A model generated the notes under the pieces. It was not told the origin of the DNA. It was given only the letters and a program-made list of their open reading frames with translations, and ran no database searches. The translations under genes and the position numbers were made by a program. Shown here piece after piece: positions 32,792 through 45,854 of a stretch of DNA of 64,000 bases. Each line of letters begins with the position of its first letter. Position 1 is the first letter of the stretch. Source of the DNA: Marsupella aquatica (Eukaryota; Plantae; Marchantiophyta); contig OZ316897.1 of NCBI GenBank assembly GCA_973895155.1, positions 21,737,455 to 21,801,454 of the forward strand, read 5' to 3'.

Positions 32792-34275
32792 AGTGGTGGC
32801 CCTCCCACCATGTGCCCGTCCAAACTCATTTCTTAGCCTTGAAACAAGTCGAACCTTGCACTAACACGGAATATTGGGGCAAGTTCTCCCCGACTATACT
32901 CCTTGTCGTTAGCGACCCCTCCCATACGAAGCCGCACTTGCCCTCGTTAGCACAACCGTCGCTCAACGGTCTTTGCTATCTACACAAGCAACCAACCAAC
33001 CGGTAAGAACTTGTCTTGATCTCGGAACTCCCAAGACCATTGTCTTGCCTCAAGCTCAACAGTCGTTAGTAAGTAGGTCAGCGGACAGAGCCTCCCAGGT
33101 CCGCATGGCCTTGCCATAAGCTGAAACTAAGGTCGACATCACTGTTCGTCCAGAACAGTCTATCTACCGGATGTCGCCCAAGCTTCCCCACTTTCTACCC
33201 GTCAATGGCTGACTGCCCTGCCTCCAGGACATGCCTATGGCCCAAACTCAGTTTGTCACAAACTAGTAGTAACACGCCGGGACCATTCAGTTTCCAGATC
33301 TTAGCCACCTCTCTACGAAACCGGGTTCCGCTCAACCTCTCACCATGCATCGGGACCAGATCTCGATGGCAGCCCCCAGAGTCTACTTGGTTCTACCTCT
33401 CCAACATCAGGTCCCCGTGGGAACCAAATACGATTTGGTCACTGTTCGACTTCGGATCGGCAAGAGGGACTCCCCCCATTGCAAGCCTCAAAACCAAAAT
33501 CATCCAATGCACAATCAGAGAGCACCATGAGGTAGATTTCTTCATTAGCTTTCCAACGAGCCCAAGAACTCCCCCAACGGAGATCCGGTCGTCGAGTTAT
33601 GTTTGTTTCCGCTTCAAAACTTGAAACGACGTATCTTCGTTAATCGCGATCAGCTCGAGCTCAAACTTGAGAGGACCACTCCCCTCATATATGCTTCTGG
33701 GGACCTGCCACCCCCGGATCAGCTTTGGTCCCCTATCTTTGGCCCCCTACCCGAGGGTCCGTGGGCCCCGACACCCCCTCTTGGTCCATCGATGCGCGGC
33801 GACTCTAATCGAGTCTGAATCGGCCATAACTTTTGGCCCCTAGGTCCGTTGGCCCCTAGGTCCGTTGGCCCCTAGGGACCTAGGGACCTATGGTGATCCG
33901 TTGGAAAAATAGTTCATTTTTCCGTGATCGACAACGGGCCCAAACTACAAGTATGCGGCTTGAGTCGGCCATAACTTTTGGCCCCTAGGTCCGTTGGCCG
34001 AGAAATATGCGGCCCCATGATCGGGCTCATGTGGGGCTTTTCGGGCCCCTATGTTGATCCGTCAGAAAAATAGTTCATATTTTCGTGATCGGCAATGGGC
34101 CCAATAAAGTTAATTGGAGCGCGCTTTTCTCAAGTCTTGTCCTTGCTCTTAATAGCCTCCTCTTTGTTAGTCGCATCCCTAATGGCCATGATGATAGCAA
34201 ATCTAAGAGGGGCTCAACGCTGGAGTTAGGCAACGCCGGAGCAATTACGAGTAGGTGAAAGTTGTATTCGCGACT
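32792..34275 (-). repeat. 5' LTR (1484 bp; internal deletion and local rearrangement relative to the 3' LTR)
   Basis: Direct repeat of 25692-27320 with scattered substitutions; lacks roughly 26672-26800 of the other copy. Confidence 0.93.
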
Positions 34276-37200
34276 GGCCCTACCCTCCATTCCGGTGGTG
34301 GATCTGCCAGTTGACCCCTCTTGGTGAGCCCATGGATCCTTCAATTGTACCCTCTTTGTCTCCCCGTCGCTTCTCTTGGACCCTCCTCTTTCTAATGCCT
34401 GGTCCTCTTCCTACGGGCCCTCCTTTACCAAATGGTCTCTTTTCCTCTTGCACATCGTTGGACTCTGACCCTCCAAAAGTTGTCCCCCTCTTTGGTTTTA
34501 CACCCTCCATCCCGGCTCCTCCTATTGTTGCCCCCTTCTGGAATCTGTCTCCTCTTCCCTGGCCCTGGTTTTTTACACTTTGTTGGACCTATCGCCCCCT
34601 CATGCCCAGTCATCCCCTAGCTCTCCCCCTTCATCCCCTCACCTCCTTGACCAACCATCCCCTCTACTCTGTTACCCCCATTATCCCTCTCTCTTTTGCA
34701 TCCCCTCCACCTCTCGGTGATTGTGCCACCTACTTCCAACCTTTACCAGTCCCTTCCCCTTCCTCTTCGCCTTCTTCATTGGCCCCACCCCTTGATCCTC
34801 TACCTCCTCCTACGTCCATTCCTTCCTCACCCTCTTTGGTCTTGACCTCTACCCCTCAGACCCTTTTTCATCCTGTTATGTGCCCCTCACGCACATACCC
34901 CCCTTCCCCAATGTTTCACCCTCCTCCATCCCCCTCTATCGCCATCATTGACCTTCCTCCCTTTCCTCCGTCCCTTTCAATGCTCAGGTCTAGTATGACA
35001 CTTGTCGTCATTGATACCAGTCGTTTGGGCTGGCCTGACATCCTCATTCTTGCCCAGCCTTACGGGACCCTGCCTCCACCATGGCTTCTTTTTCATCCCT
35101 TCCATCACTCCCTGCCTATCCTCCTCCCTTGTCCCGGGAGTGGTTGTCTCATTTGGATATCCCAATTGCTTTTTTCCTGATTTTTGTCACCCTTGTTTGT
35201 ATACTCGTATCCCAGTTCTCTTACGACCCCTCTTGCAATGTGTCTTTTGTCTTCCTTTGGATCGCGTGGCATGGGATCCCTCTAACATGCTTCCTGGTCC
35301 CTGCTTCTACTGCTCTCCCATTGGGTGTTAGTTCTCCCTCCTCGGGGTGGCCCTGATGGTCATTGGGAGATCCATGGTTTTCTTCAAAGTTTTTTCTTGG
35401 AAGATTGGGTTCTATTTTAGGATAAATCTTACCTTAGGGTGATGGCTATCACTTTCCAGACTGCCACATTCCCGATGGTGCCTCAAGTCCCTCTTGTTCA
35501 GCATCGCCTTTGCCAGTGCCTCCTGTTGGGTCAAGCCGGTGAGTACTCTAGGGCTTTGCACTCTTTGGATCCCCTTGCGCCTACCCCTTCTTTAGAGAAG
35601 ACTATTGTCGCTCTTTAGTCCCTTCATTTCTCAATGTTTGTCACTGTCCCTGGCTTTGTTGGGAGCTTTGTACCTGAGTCTAATTTTTCCCTATCCAGAG
35701 AGGTGTTCAATTTTGCTTTCTTTCACCTCCCTCACTTTTTGGCTGCTAGCCTTACGGGGATGATATTTGAGCACTTGGGGGACTACTTTCTTCATAACGA
35801 CTATGCGTCAGGGTTCTCTTAGCTTTTCCAGCTTGGGGGGTTAACTAAGTATATATTTTGGGGTACCACATGCAATCCTAGCCTAATATAAATAGACCTA
35901 TTTTATAAAGAAATATTCCAAGAATATTCTTTATTTTTTATATTAATAACCTATTTTATTTTATAAATATATATATATTAGAGAATATTCTATAAATATA
36001 AATTTATAATCCTTCTTTTGCCTCCTATGCTTTTTAAAAATTTAGTTAATTTCTATAAAAAAAATACATATTCTGGATCGCACGTTGTTTCTAAGATTTT
36101 TGATAGTCAACCCCTTGAATTTTTCAGGTTTGCACTCATATTGTTGGCGCCGTATTCTCCTTGTTGTGGGCCAACTCTTGGGGGCCAACCGTCTCCTGGC
36201 CATGGCCAAGGAGCCTACAAGGATGCGGCCCCTAGCCATTGGTGAGATTCTTTATTGGATGATCAATTGTTGTGTTTGTCTTTAGACGTGATCACCTTTT
36301 GCTTCTCACCTCTCCCCTCGTTATTTTGGGGTGGTCACCTCGGGAGAATATTGTGCATGTTCTGCGTTTGATCGTGGATATTCATCTAAATAGACGTGAT
36401 CACTCTTGCCCGAGGTTGTGTAGGCCGTTGTTCCTAACTTCATGGAGGTGGTTCTAGATAGTCCGGATCATGTCTAACAGGTGATTTTTTGATTGCATGC
36501 ACCGTCACACCCTTTCCATCATGCTCTTGGATGCACCTTCCGACTTGGTTCGGGCTTGCCTCCTTTCTTGTGCGGGGATGGGTTCTAAAGCTTGTCTATC
36601 TACTAGTCCTTTATGGGTCCCCTTTCATCTGAGCTCCTTTCTCTTTACCACATCACTACGGCTTAGGTTGGGACTTCCTCAACCTTGTCTTCTTGGTCAA
36701 CCCACGTGTGTTGGTGGGGCGTCGTTGGATTCGTTGGGAGTTCTTATTCACAGGTGCGACCATGGGAGAAAAGGACTACCACCCATGAAGACATTTCGGA
36801 TGTGATGGCTGCCATTGCTCAAGACTCTGGTTACCATGTTGCCATGGAGCAACGACATGTTCTTCCCCCTCGAGATGGTCTTCCTGACCGGCAGCAGGCG
36901 GATCTGGTCTTTTCTAGGACTAGCATTTGAGCTCTTGGGGATGTGGTTCTTATTAATCCTACAGGTGGAAGCCATGTCACAGTTCCCACCCTGGCCATGC
37001 TGGTGCCAAGGCAGTGCGGCTCAAGGAGGAGGCCTATGTTGTTTGCTACCCATGGATCTTTTCTACCCCTTTGCCCTTGAGGTCTTTGGTGCTCTCCATC
37101 CTACCTTTGATCAGTTCCTGCGGGCTTGTCCAGTTTTATGTATTGAGAGGAGGCCCTTCCCCCTGTTTTTGCCCTCGTCACCTTTCTTGACAGCGGTTGT

Positions 37201-39187
37201 CTGTGGCTCTTCAACTGGCTCAGGCATTCACCCTCCTTCGTAGGGCTGAGACAGCTGGTTGTAGGGCCTCCTGTCAAGTTTTGCTTCGTGACCCTCCTAC
37301 GCGGTTTACTCGAAAGCTTTACCAGGCTTTTCAGTTCTCTGCTCATGAGGGTGTTAGCCTTCACGGCTCCTTTGTTGGTTACATTTTGTTCCTTGTTCTG
37401 TCCTTGGCTTTTTGTTGGGGACCCCTTGACTTGTTTTTCTTGGGGCTTCTTCCTCTCTTTCCCTCCCCTTCATTGGGTTGCTTTGCCTTTGGGATCATGT
37501 CTCCTAGTTTGGCATTTTATGCCCTTGGGCATTGTGATATACAAAGATTTTTTTTATCTACCATAAGATCACAAGTTATAATTAATTTTTTATAATTTTT
37601 TATTCATGTATTTATTTGATAAAGCTAGTGAAAATAAACTAAATTCAATTATGAAAAACTAAAATCTATCAAAATTATAGTGGGTTGAGTAAAACTTATT
37701 ATATTATTTATAACTAGTAAAATTATTTTAATTCAAAATATTTCAAGTGACTTAGATGAATTTAGAGTGAATGGAATGACTAGTAATATTATCTATTACT
37801 AGTGATATAACTAGTAAAATTATTTTAACTTAAACCATCTCAAATGATTTGGATGAATTTTGCTTCACTTTACACTCACATCTATATCTAAATTATACGT
37901 CAAATCATGAAAAAGTAAACTCTCAAGAGAATTCTTTAACAATGCACGAGCTTCTCAAAAATCTTGTTGGGACTAAATTGTAATGATGATATTTGGGCAG
38001 CCAGGATGAAAAGCGTCATCCTTTCCCGGTCAGCGCGAGAACTACCTCATCCAACGGCGGAGAGTGACTCGGTCAGGGCGGAAGTCCCAGTGGGCAGTAG
38101 GGAGGAGTCCCGGTCAGGGCGAAAGTGTCCCGTCAATGGCGCGGGCAGGAGGGACGAGCCTTCCCCGAGGGGCAGGGACGAAATTTACTAGGGGCCCAGC
38201 GATGAAGCTATTTTTCGCGATCCCATTACTGTGGCGCGAAAGGTGCTTCGTTCCCCCTCCGTGCCTCGGTCGAGCTTCGTTCAGCAATCAGCGTCCTCGA
38301 GGACAATGGGAAGCGATGGCGATGAAGGGGACGCTTGGAAAACAAGCTGAAGCATTGTCGCTGGGCGATATTCTGCAATTCGCAAGTGCGCTAAGGTGGG
38401 TCTATTATTAATTAAGCTGTGGGTTTGGGCTGGCGATGACCTTGTATCGTCTCTCGAGTGAATGTTTGATCGCTGAAAACACTCTCGCTTCTTCTTTGGA
38501 GTGTGGTGATTTGTGTGCTTAGGACGGAGTTGAAGCTGGAGAATTCTGAGACTGTCCTGAGGGTGAGCTGTGTTTTGTTGTATGAACGGTCGCGTTTTAT
38601 GTTTTTGACTGAGATTTGTGCTTGGGACGGGATTTGGATTATTTTTTAATTGAGGGTATGTGTCATCTCAAGAGTGTTTCTGGAGGTGATGGGTTTTCTG
38701 TTGGGCTCCTTGTGATCCGCTTCAGAGGAGTCTCTCAATCTTTGGCGATATCTTTCCCTCGATCGCCCTCCACATGAGCTTTTGGCTCCCACTGTCACAA
38801 ATCTGCGTGATTCGATCTCTCTTGCTCTTTACTCTCTTCAGAGCTTTTCTTCTTCGTTGTCCTCTGCGTTCAGGTTCCGGGTGGGTTTGTTCTAATGTCG
38901 TGTGCTTTTGGTACGGGGGTTTGTGTATTCTCCTGGTTCTCTCTTGTGAACGGCTTTCATGTCTCCTCGCTGTTACCTTGATTGTCGACATTTCTTCAGT
39001 TGTGCCTGCTGCCTTGAACTTGTCTCCCAGTGAAGCCAGCCAGCCCTTGTCGAACTGAAGTAGGGAGGAAATTGAGTATGAACTAGATTGAAGCAGCTGG
39101 CACTCCATCGTGCTCACATTACCTCCAACAGGGAGATCGACGTGGAATTTCTCGCCTTTCACACATCTCACTTACTGGTACCATCGC

Positions 39188-39296
39188 TGTCCGTACTGTA
39201 CCTGCGAAGTGGACTATGTTCTGTGCTGTTTAGTACCTGCGAACATACGTTTCGGAGTTCGAGTTCAAAATGCAGTGACATGTGCTATCTGCCGAG
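39188..39296 (+). pseudogene. RING-HC (C3HC4-type) zinc-finger relic with frameshifts
   Basis: CPYC...LV(P) / CEHTF / VTCAICRA recovered across two frame changes; upstream frame has stops; possible exon-like segment near 38316-38395. Confidence 0.45.
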
Positions 39297-39750
39297 CCTC
39301 ACTCTTCGTGTGCAGAATGAGTCAATTTCACTAGGGATCTGTCTGGGCCAGTAGTGCAGATTTTCTGAGGCGAGAAATTGGCGTTAACTTGGTCCAAAAA
39401 ATCTGTATTCGAATTAGGACGGGAAGCACATGCAATGTTCGGAATGCACTCTCTGGTCTCCTAAACGTTTTCCTCTCCTTTCGCAGAGGCATTTGCATCG
39501 ACTTAAGTCTGTTGCCAAGAGCTCATTTTTTTTCTCAAAAGACAATGGCAGCTCACTTTGTCCAATCGCTTCGGCCCTGACGAAGGCATTTGCATCGCGC
39601 TCATTTTCGTATTCAAACATAATGGAAGCCCACTGTACAGATCGCTTTTGGCTGGATTTGCCCTAACAACGGTTTCAGTGAAACGCAGTGGAGATAGGAT
39701 TCCTATTCGGGAATCTACAACGGCCATTGATGCAATAGCTACTAGGGTCA

Positions 39751-39893
39751 GTAGGTGTTCGATTATCCAAGCCCATCCTTGCAATTGCAATTTACCTCTG
39801 GCGTCTGTAGGTGTTCGATTATCCAAGGCATGGACAGTGCAATTTACCTCTGGCGTCTGTAGGTGTTCGATTATCCAAGGCATGGACAGTGCA
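39751..39893 (+). repeat. Short tandem duplication (about 52-bp unit, 2-3 copies)
   Basis: gtaggtgttcgattatccaag three times; gcaatttacctctggcgtct twice. Confidence 0.8.
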
Positions 39894-40790
39894 GTAAATA
39901 AGCTCCTTAAGGCTCCTGCCATTGTCCAACTGCCTACACTCTTGATATTGCTCAGCTATACTGCAATATTACTTTACAACATTGTTCTTGATATTACTTG
40001 GTTTCAGATGATGCGTTAATTCTCCGACTAAATACGCTCGTGGTATTGCTTGACCCCTAGTCGCACCATTGCTTGAGCTAAACAGGGCAATTGAAGCTTT
40101 TGAATGTGAACCTTTTCAATATTACATTTACTCATGATGGACCAGGTGATCGACTCTCGCTGGCGAGATCCCTGTGCAACTTCCCATCATCTCGCCAGCC
40201 AGAGTCCGTCACCTCTCTGCGCTCCATTTACTCAAATGTAGAACACAGGTTGCTACTATCATCACAATGCACGTAAAACTTTTAAAAAGTAAGGACACGT
40301 GAATCTATATTACAAATCGCGATGTGAAGATAGAGTCGGGGGAAAGGCTTCTAAACTGACTCTAGAGGGCCCAGTTTATGTGGATGGGAAGATCGAAGGG
40401 ATATTATGTATGTCAAAGATATCATGAAAGATGATTTTTGTCATCAATTCTATTAGTATTCAACGAAGGGACATTAAGGCTCGTAGTGAATACTCCCATG
40501 GTGATGCAAAAATGCCCCACTACCAGATCGACGGCCAGAGAATCTTGAAAAAATGCACGCTTTTGAAAAGTGGACGACGAGCAAATGGATTTCGCTAATG
40601 CCCACCATCTGTGAATTCTCTATCACGATACATGGCGTAGAAGTACCCATAGACACTGTCCAGAAAATATTCCCTTGCAACAAAACTAAGGGTCTAGCGA
40701 GACAGATCACAACAAGATCATGTACGAAAGGAGATCTATCCACTTCCGTTGTTGGACAGAACAGTTAATCAATCTCGACATAATATTCCC

Positions 40791-43252
40791 TCAATGTGTT
40801 ACGTTCTTAGGTAGGTTCCAGTTGATGTTGTTGCTCATGGCCACCTTCGAGCGAAAGACCTCCAATCTCTGAGAAGGCATATTTTTTGTTCCAGCTCTCC
40901 TCAACGCCTTCTGCTCTGGATCTCGAGTTGCCAGTCCCATGCTTCGATACCTGCGATACAATACAAAATAAGTTCGCTCACACAAAATCACATCACGCTG
41001 AACTCACAACAAAGCGCTACAAAGAAGCAATGCAGATTCTAGAGTCCCTGACTGTCTCTTAGAAGCTGATAGTGGATAGAGGGGAAAGATAAGTTAGGGG
41101 GCAATGGGGGGAAAAGTACTTGGCAACAACAGCATTGACGGCGATTCCATCTCGTTGGTCCGATGGTCGTGGACGTTGTTTGTAGTAGCGAAAGAGTTCA
41201 CGTGACCCGATGGTCTTCGAAACCTTTCCATCTGCACTATCAGTCCTCACCATAAGCTCCAAGCCTCCGTTCACCAGAGAGACTGGGGCATCTTCCGGGT
41301 TGTCCACTTTCACTAGCTGTGTCCCATCCGAAGCTGTGTAACTGGAATCCATACAAACCGCAGCATTAGTAAAACCAGCATTACTCGAAAGAGCTCCATG
41401 CAACTTCAGAATTCCCAACGGAATGGTCAACTTGAACACGACGCTTCCATCCATGTGGAAAATTACTGTCAATTGTCGACAAGATCAAGACATGAGCTGT
41501 ATACCCAATTTTGTTATACCTGCTACTGAAGTCGTAGAATTCTTCTAGCTCCTCCTCTGCCGCACCCTCCCCATCGCCAAGTCGTAACTTGCAGTGGCTC
41601 TTCGAGATCATATGCTTCCGAACAGCTTCTAAACTGTGAAAGCGCTTGCCTCTATCGTCACAAAAGAGGCACATGTGGCCCTTCGTTACCTGGCACACCA
41701 AACATAATGAGAGTAGTGAGAGATCGCACACTATACTACTGTCGTCCGTGGTGACAATAAAACCTACTCACGAAATTCTCTTTTTCCAAAACAAAAACAT
41801 ATCTGGTCCTAGGAAATTCAGAGATCTCTAAGGTGGTCGTTTGCAGCACTCGGCCGATTGAAGGAGACTCACATCGTATACAGAGTACAATGGAGTTGAC
41901 AAATTCACCTTCTAGCCCAAAAGATCGGAAAAATTACAGATTTGAATAGATTCACCCAGACCCAGAAAAATAGCCATTGTCTAAAACATAAATGATCTTC
42001 AATCCCAGATTACTGAGCGTCTCCCTCGATAGAGTGCAATCAGGTCGTAAAACGAACCTTCAGCCCAAGATAACTAAGCATCCCTTGTGGGTCCTTCAAA
42101 AACTCGGCGTCCGGAATGAAAAATCCGTGAACCTTGTGCATATGCTCGACACAGCCTTCAATAGTTGCATCCGGCTGGTAATCACAGATGAAACACCTCG
42201 TTGCATCCCATTCCTCACGCATAGAGTCGTCACTAGGGCCCGCCTCGTCGTCATCGCTTCTGAGGGCCATAACAAAGTCACTCGCTTCCTCGCCGTCCAT
42301 TTCTTCCCAATCCTCATCGCTGGAGTCAGAATCATCTTCTTCCAATCTCGCCGTCTCGTCCTCAGCTGCTACGGATTCTTCCTTCACTGGACGGACTGGT
42401 GCCGGCCTTACCACTGCAACCCCAGCTCCTGACGCGTCCTCGAGACTGGCCGCTCTGCTGATATGAGCCTTAGATTGAAGGTGCTGCTCATGTGCTTTCT
42501 CTGTGGTATACTCCTTCCCGCAGAGAGAACATTTGTATAAGAAACGCTCCCCCTCCTGTCTCTTCCTGTCGGCTGCTAAAGCTTCCAGCCTTAGATTGAA
42601 GAGACCTTCGGTCACACCGGGCACTCCTGCAACCTGTCAAACGGAATGTACAAATTTTAGAGGATATCCACTGGATCAACAGACCAGCCATAGGAACTCC
42701 ACTTCAAGCACGGACTCGACGGCTTCGGTCACCACAACTCTCTTTCAAATTCTACGATTCGAATCCCCTAAGCTGGACTACGTGTAGCGTAGAAGGAATG
42801 GATTTGCTTCCGGAGACTATCGCCAGTACAGTGAGAGAGGTCGCGGACAGCAAATGAAATGCTCAGCTTGCTCAATGGTACTTACTCGAATAAGTTCGGG
42901 GTTACCAGCAATCTAGTGTTCAAGTTCAACATCAAAAAGCAAGAGGAAATTTTACAGTTAAATATTGCTAACTGTGAACTTATCCTATTTACCGAAAACT
43001 TAGACTGAACCTAAGCCTGCTACAGGATTGCCCGTGGGTTTTTCTGTCTGTGCACAAAATCTCCCCCAAGAAGGTCACACTGCGGCTGAAACCTTTAGAT
43101 GAATCGACCCCAAGAACGAGATGGGAAATAGCGAAACCTTATCGTACCTTCCTCTTCAAATTGTACCGATGCCATTCTGACCGGTAATGAGACTTCTGGA
43201 CCACCTCATCCTGAAACTCGACGTTACAAGCGTTGCACGCCAACCCCGGCAT
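40791..43252 (-). CDS. REIL: REI1-like / ZNF622 cytoplasmic 60S subunit maturation factor, 410 aa; exons 43148-43252, 42058-42633, 41520-41689, 41120-41341, 40791-40950
   Basis: MPGLACNACN..HYRSEWHRYNLKRK|VAGVPGVTE, further C2H2 fingers (CSLC, CFIC..HMHKVHGFFIPD, CLFC..HMISKSHC), GSRELFRYYKQRPRP, C-terminal LPKNVTH; four GT-AG introns; 1233 nt in frame. Confidence 0.95.
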
Positions 43253-44382
43253 CGCCGCCGCCTCTGATAGCCGGTTCGGATTCAGAAAAATAAACTTGAA
43301 GCACAAACCCTACCTCTTAAAAATCCAATTCTGCGAGTGGAGTCCGTCAAGATAAAGAAGGGATCTCACACTTCGAGCGAGAGACTGTCTCCGAACTCTC
43401 CTCCAAGCCAAACCCTAAAATCTATCGGCCTCAACAAATGTCAAAAATTAAATCGGCCTCAAATCGTCGAATACCGCCCCGCAAACTCTACGATGACAGC
43501 AAGTTCACTAGGACCTCGTCGCAAATGCTCTCGCTTGTTCTCAATCGACCGCCGCCAGAAAAGCTTCCAGTTGCAACGAACGTCGATAGGATCAGAACCA
43601 GCACTCTACTCGTCGTCAAAACTCAACTCCTCAAGATCTTCGAGTAAATCACAGGAAGAGTCACAAAAGCCCCCAATTCCTAAGGGCTCCTTGAAACGAA
43701 TCACAGCACGAGTCTCCAAACTAATAAAGCCGCGTTCTACATTACTCCAGCGTAAGAGAAGCTCCTTCTCTGCGAATCGATCCAGTTGTAGTAGCTCGCC
43801 TCCAAGGATCGTCAGCGGAATTGCAAAAGTGAGAAGCTTCTTTCCTCCGAATCCATTACTACATCAGCTCGCCGCGGCATTGCGATTTTGGGAAAGTGGG
43901 CGATGTGCTTCGCCGTTCTGTTTGGGATTTTGGGAAGGTGGGCGATGTGCTTCATCGTTCGCTTTCGCAGCTGTTTCCAGATGTTGGAAGTTTTGGGGGC
44001 ACAACAACTAGTCCGAACTAGTTAACTCAACTAGTTAACTCAACCCTTCGTCCTGATCGACGGTGGTAGTGTGGAGTTCACCTTCGAGCGAGATCTGTGT
44101 CCGTCAATCATGACTTTCTGGACGCACTGTTGGGGGTCCAGAACTTACAGGGAGGTTGAGTTTGAGAGCAAATTGTAAGGACCCCTTTTAAGCCCCTCTG
44201 CCCCAGTTCTTGCCAATTGCAGGGGGTTCCATAATCCAAGGACTCTGGCCTGTTAATCTACACTCCCCATGTGAACTAGCCCAAGATGTTGTGGTTTTTC
44301 ATGGTGGGTCCCATTTCAAACCACAGGTTTGGGTTGGCGGTCAACTTCACGCAAGACTAGTGGGGTTTTAACAAGTTTTATA

Positions 44383-45411
44383 GGAGATATATGTTTGATG
44401 GACCTTCTCGTGAACCTTTCTTACCTGATGGGCCCCTAGGTAACCTTTTTTTACCAAATAGGACCCCTCGGAATGACCAATACACCTGTTCTTGTGTGGT
44501 GCCTACACTTGTCCTTGTGTGGTGCCTACTATGTACAACGACTCCAAGCAAACTGCACAGTTGGACCGTGCAACCCACCCTGCATGGTTGATCGAGAAAC
44601 CACGGAGATTATTTGGGAGAAACCGCAAAAAGTGACTGCCGCAATCGAAACTGTGATTTGAAGACAATATGCATTATGTCTTCGAATTCAAATTTGACTG
44701 ATCGCGGTATAGTCATTAGGTTTGCTTGTATGGGTTTTTTGTGACTGTTGGACCGTGCGGGAGGCCACCCCTGCACGGCCGAAGAAACATGTGCGAGAAA
44801 GAGGTGAAACCAGGAAGATGTTGTGGGAGAACTGCAAAAAGTTGTTGCCACTGCCCAAATCGTGACTTGAATACAATATGGATTATGCCATCAAGTTCAA
44901 TGTTTGGAATTCGCCCACTGCGCCACAGCAAATAGGCAAATGATCGACAAATGTGCTCGAAAAACAGTGATACTCCCCTGTGCAATGCATACAAACAATT
45001 TCAAAAGAAGACAAACCCAAACGTGTCGGGGTACACCCTAAACCCTAAACCTTGAAACACGGGAAGACATAATCCATTGTGTCTTCAAGCATTAACCCAT
45101 CAAATCTTGTGGTAATGGTATAATTGTTGTTCGTTTTAATGAACAACGGTAGACTACTGGCCCCGCGTGGTGGACTAGGCGTTGTAGACTGCAACAACAA
45201 GTGTGGTGGACTGGGCCTAGGAGCACATTGCACTACAAGGCAATGAGTGTGGTTAACTGTATATAGTAGGCACCACACAAGGACAGGTGTAGGCGCCACA
45301 CAAAAACAGGTGTACTGGTCATTAAGAGGGGTCCCACTTGGTAAAAAAAGTTACTTAGGGGCCCATTAGATAAGAAAGGTTCACCAGGAGGCCCATCAAG
45401 CATATATCTGC
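44383..45411. mobile_element. Non-autonomous TIR element (about 1.03 kb, about 150-bp imperfect TIRs) upstream of REIL
   Basis: 44383-44530 is the reverse complement of 45265-45411; TA on both sides; internal diverged direct repeat (about 44560-44700 vs 44747-44905). Confidence 0.75.
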
Positions 45412-45780
45412 TACAAGCTTTGGTGGGTGGGGTGTTGCATCTGTGGCTACAAACAGACCTTTTTAGCGGTTTGTGGCCACTGCACCACTGGATATGCTCT
45501 TAGTCTACCAAGACCTTAAGGAGTTGAGGGCACTAAAAGCAAAGTTAAACCGACCCACTCCCCATTAGAAATATGTGTTGTCTTGAAGTAACAAATGGCT
45601 CGGATCTTGCCCAAGATTTTTGGAGATTAAAGGACTCAGAGAATATTGCCTTACATCCTCACCCTCAACCCGTTCTGGAGGTTTTATTTTTAGGGGGATA
45701 GAAGCCACTCATGGACTGAGTCATTTCCATTCACCCTACTATGAGTGACTTTGTTGTGGCAAACAGGGTGAAAGATAGGA

Positions 45781-45854
45781 TACCTCTCCAATACATACTG
45801 GTACACTAAGAAGAGCATACCTCTCCAATATATAGTGGTACACTAAGAAGAGCA
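45781..45854 (+). repeat. 37-bp tandem duplication
   Basis: tacctctccaata(c/t)ata(c/g)tggtacactaagaagagca twice. Confidence 0.85.

Larger units (their letters stand above)
25692..34275 (-). mobile_element. Ty3/gypsy LTR retrotransposon (chromovirus-like RT/INT, iMet PBS), decayed, with non-canonical AGT..ACT termini
   Basis: LTR pair 25692-27320 and 32792-34275; TSD GGCCC (25687-25691, 34276-34280); PBS; PPT; gag-PR-RT-RH-INT. Confidence 0.95.
25440..37540 (+). mobile_element. Decayed non-LTR retrotransposon with restriction-like endonuclease (CRE-like), split by the gypsy insertion at 25692-34275; boundaries approximate
   Basis: Pyrimidine-rich 5' part on both sides of the insertion; GMIFEHL; RT start MRPLAIGEILY; LRLRLG followed by zinc-knuckle-like C..HRCDHG..TTHE, QADLVF and FYPFALEVFGAL; most of the RT appears deleted. 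Confidence 0.65.

Noticed and set aside
34311-35180. 289-aa Pro-rich ORF as an extensin-like gene
   Set aside because: It arises from C/T-rich low-complexity sequence of the non-LTR relic; no signal peptide or SPPPP periodicity.
43337-44011. 224-aa plus-strand ORF next to REIL
   Set aside because: GTG start, Ser/Arg-rich with no domain, antisense to the probable REIL 5' UTR and promoter.
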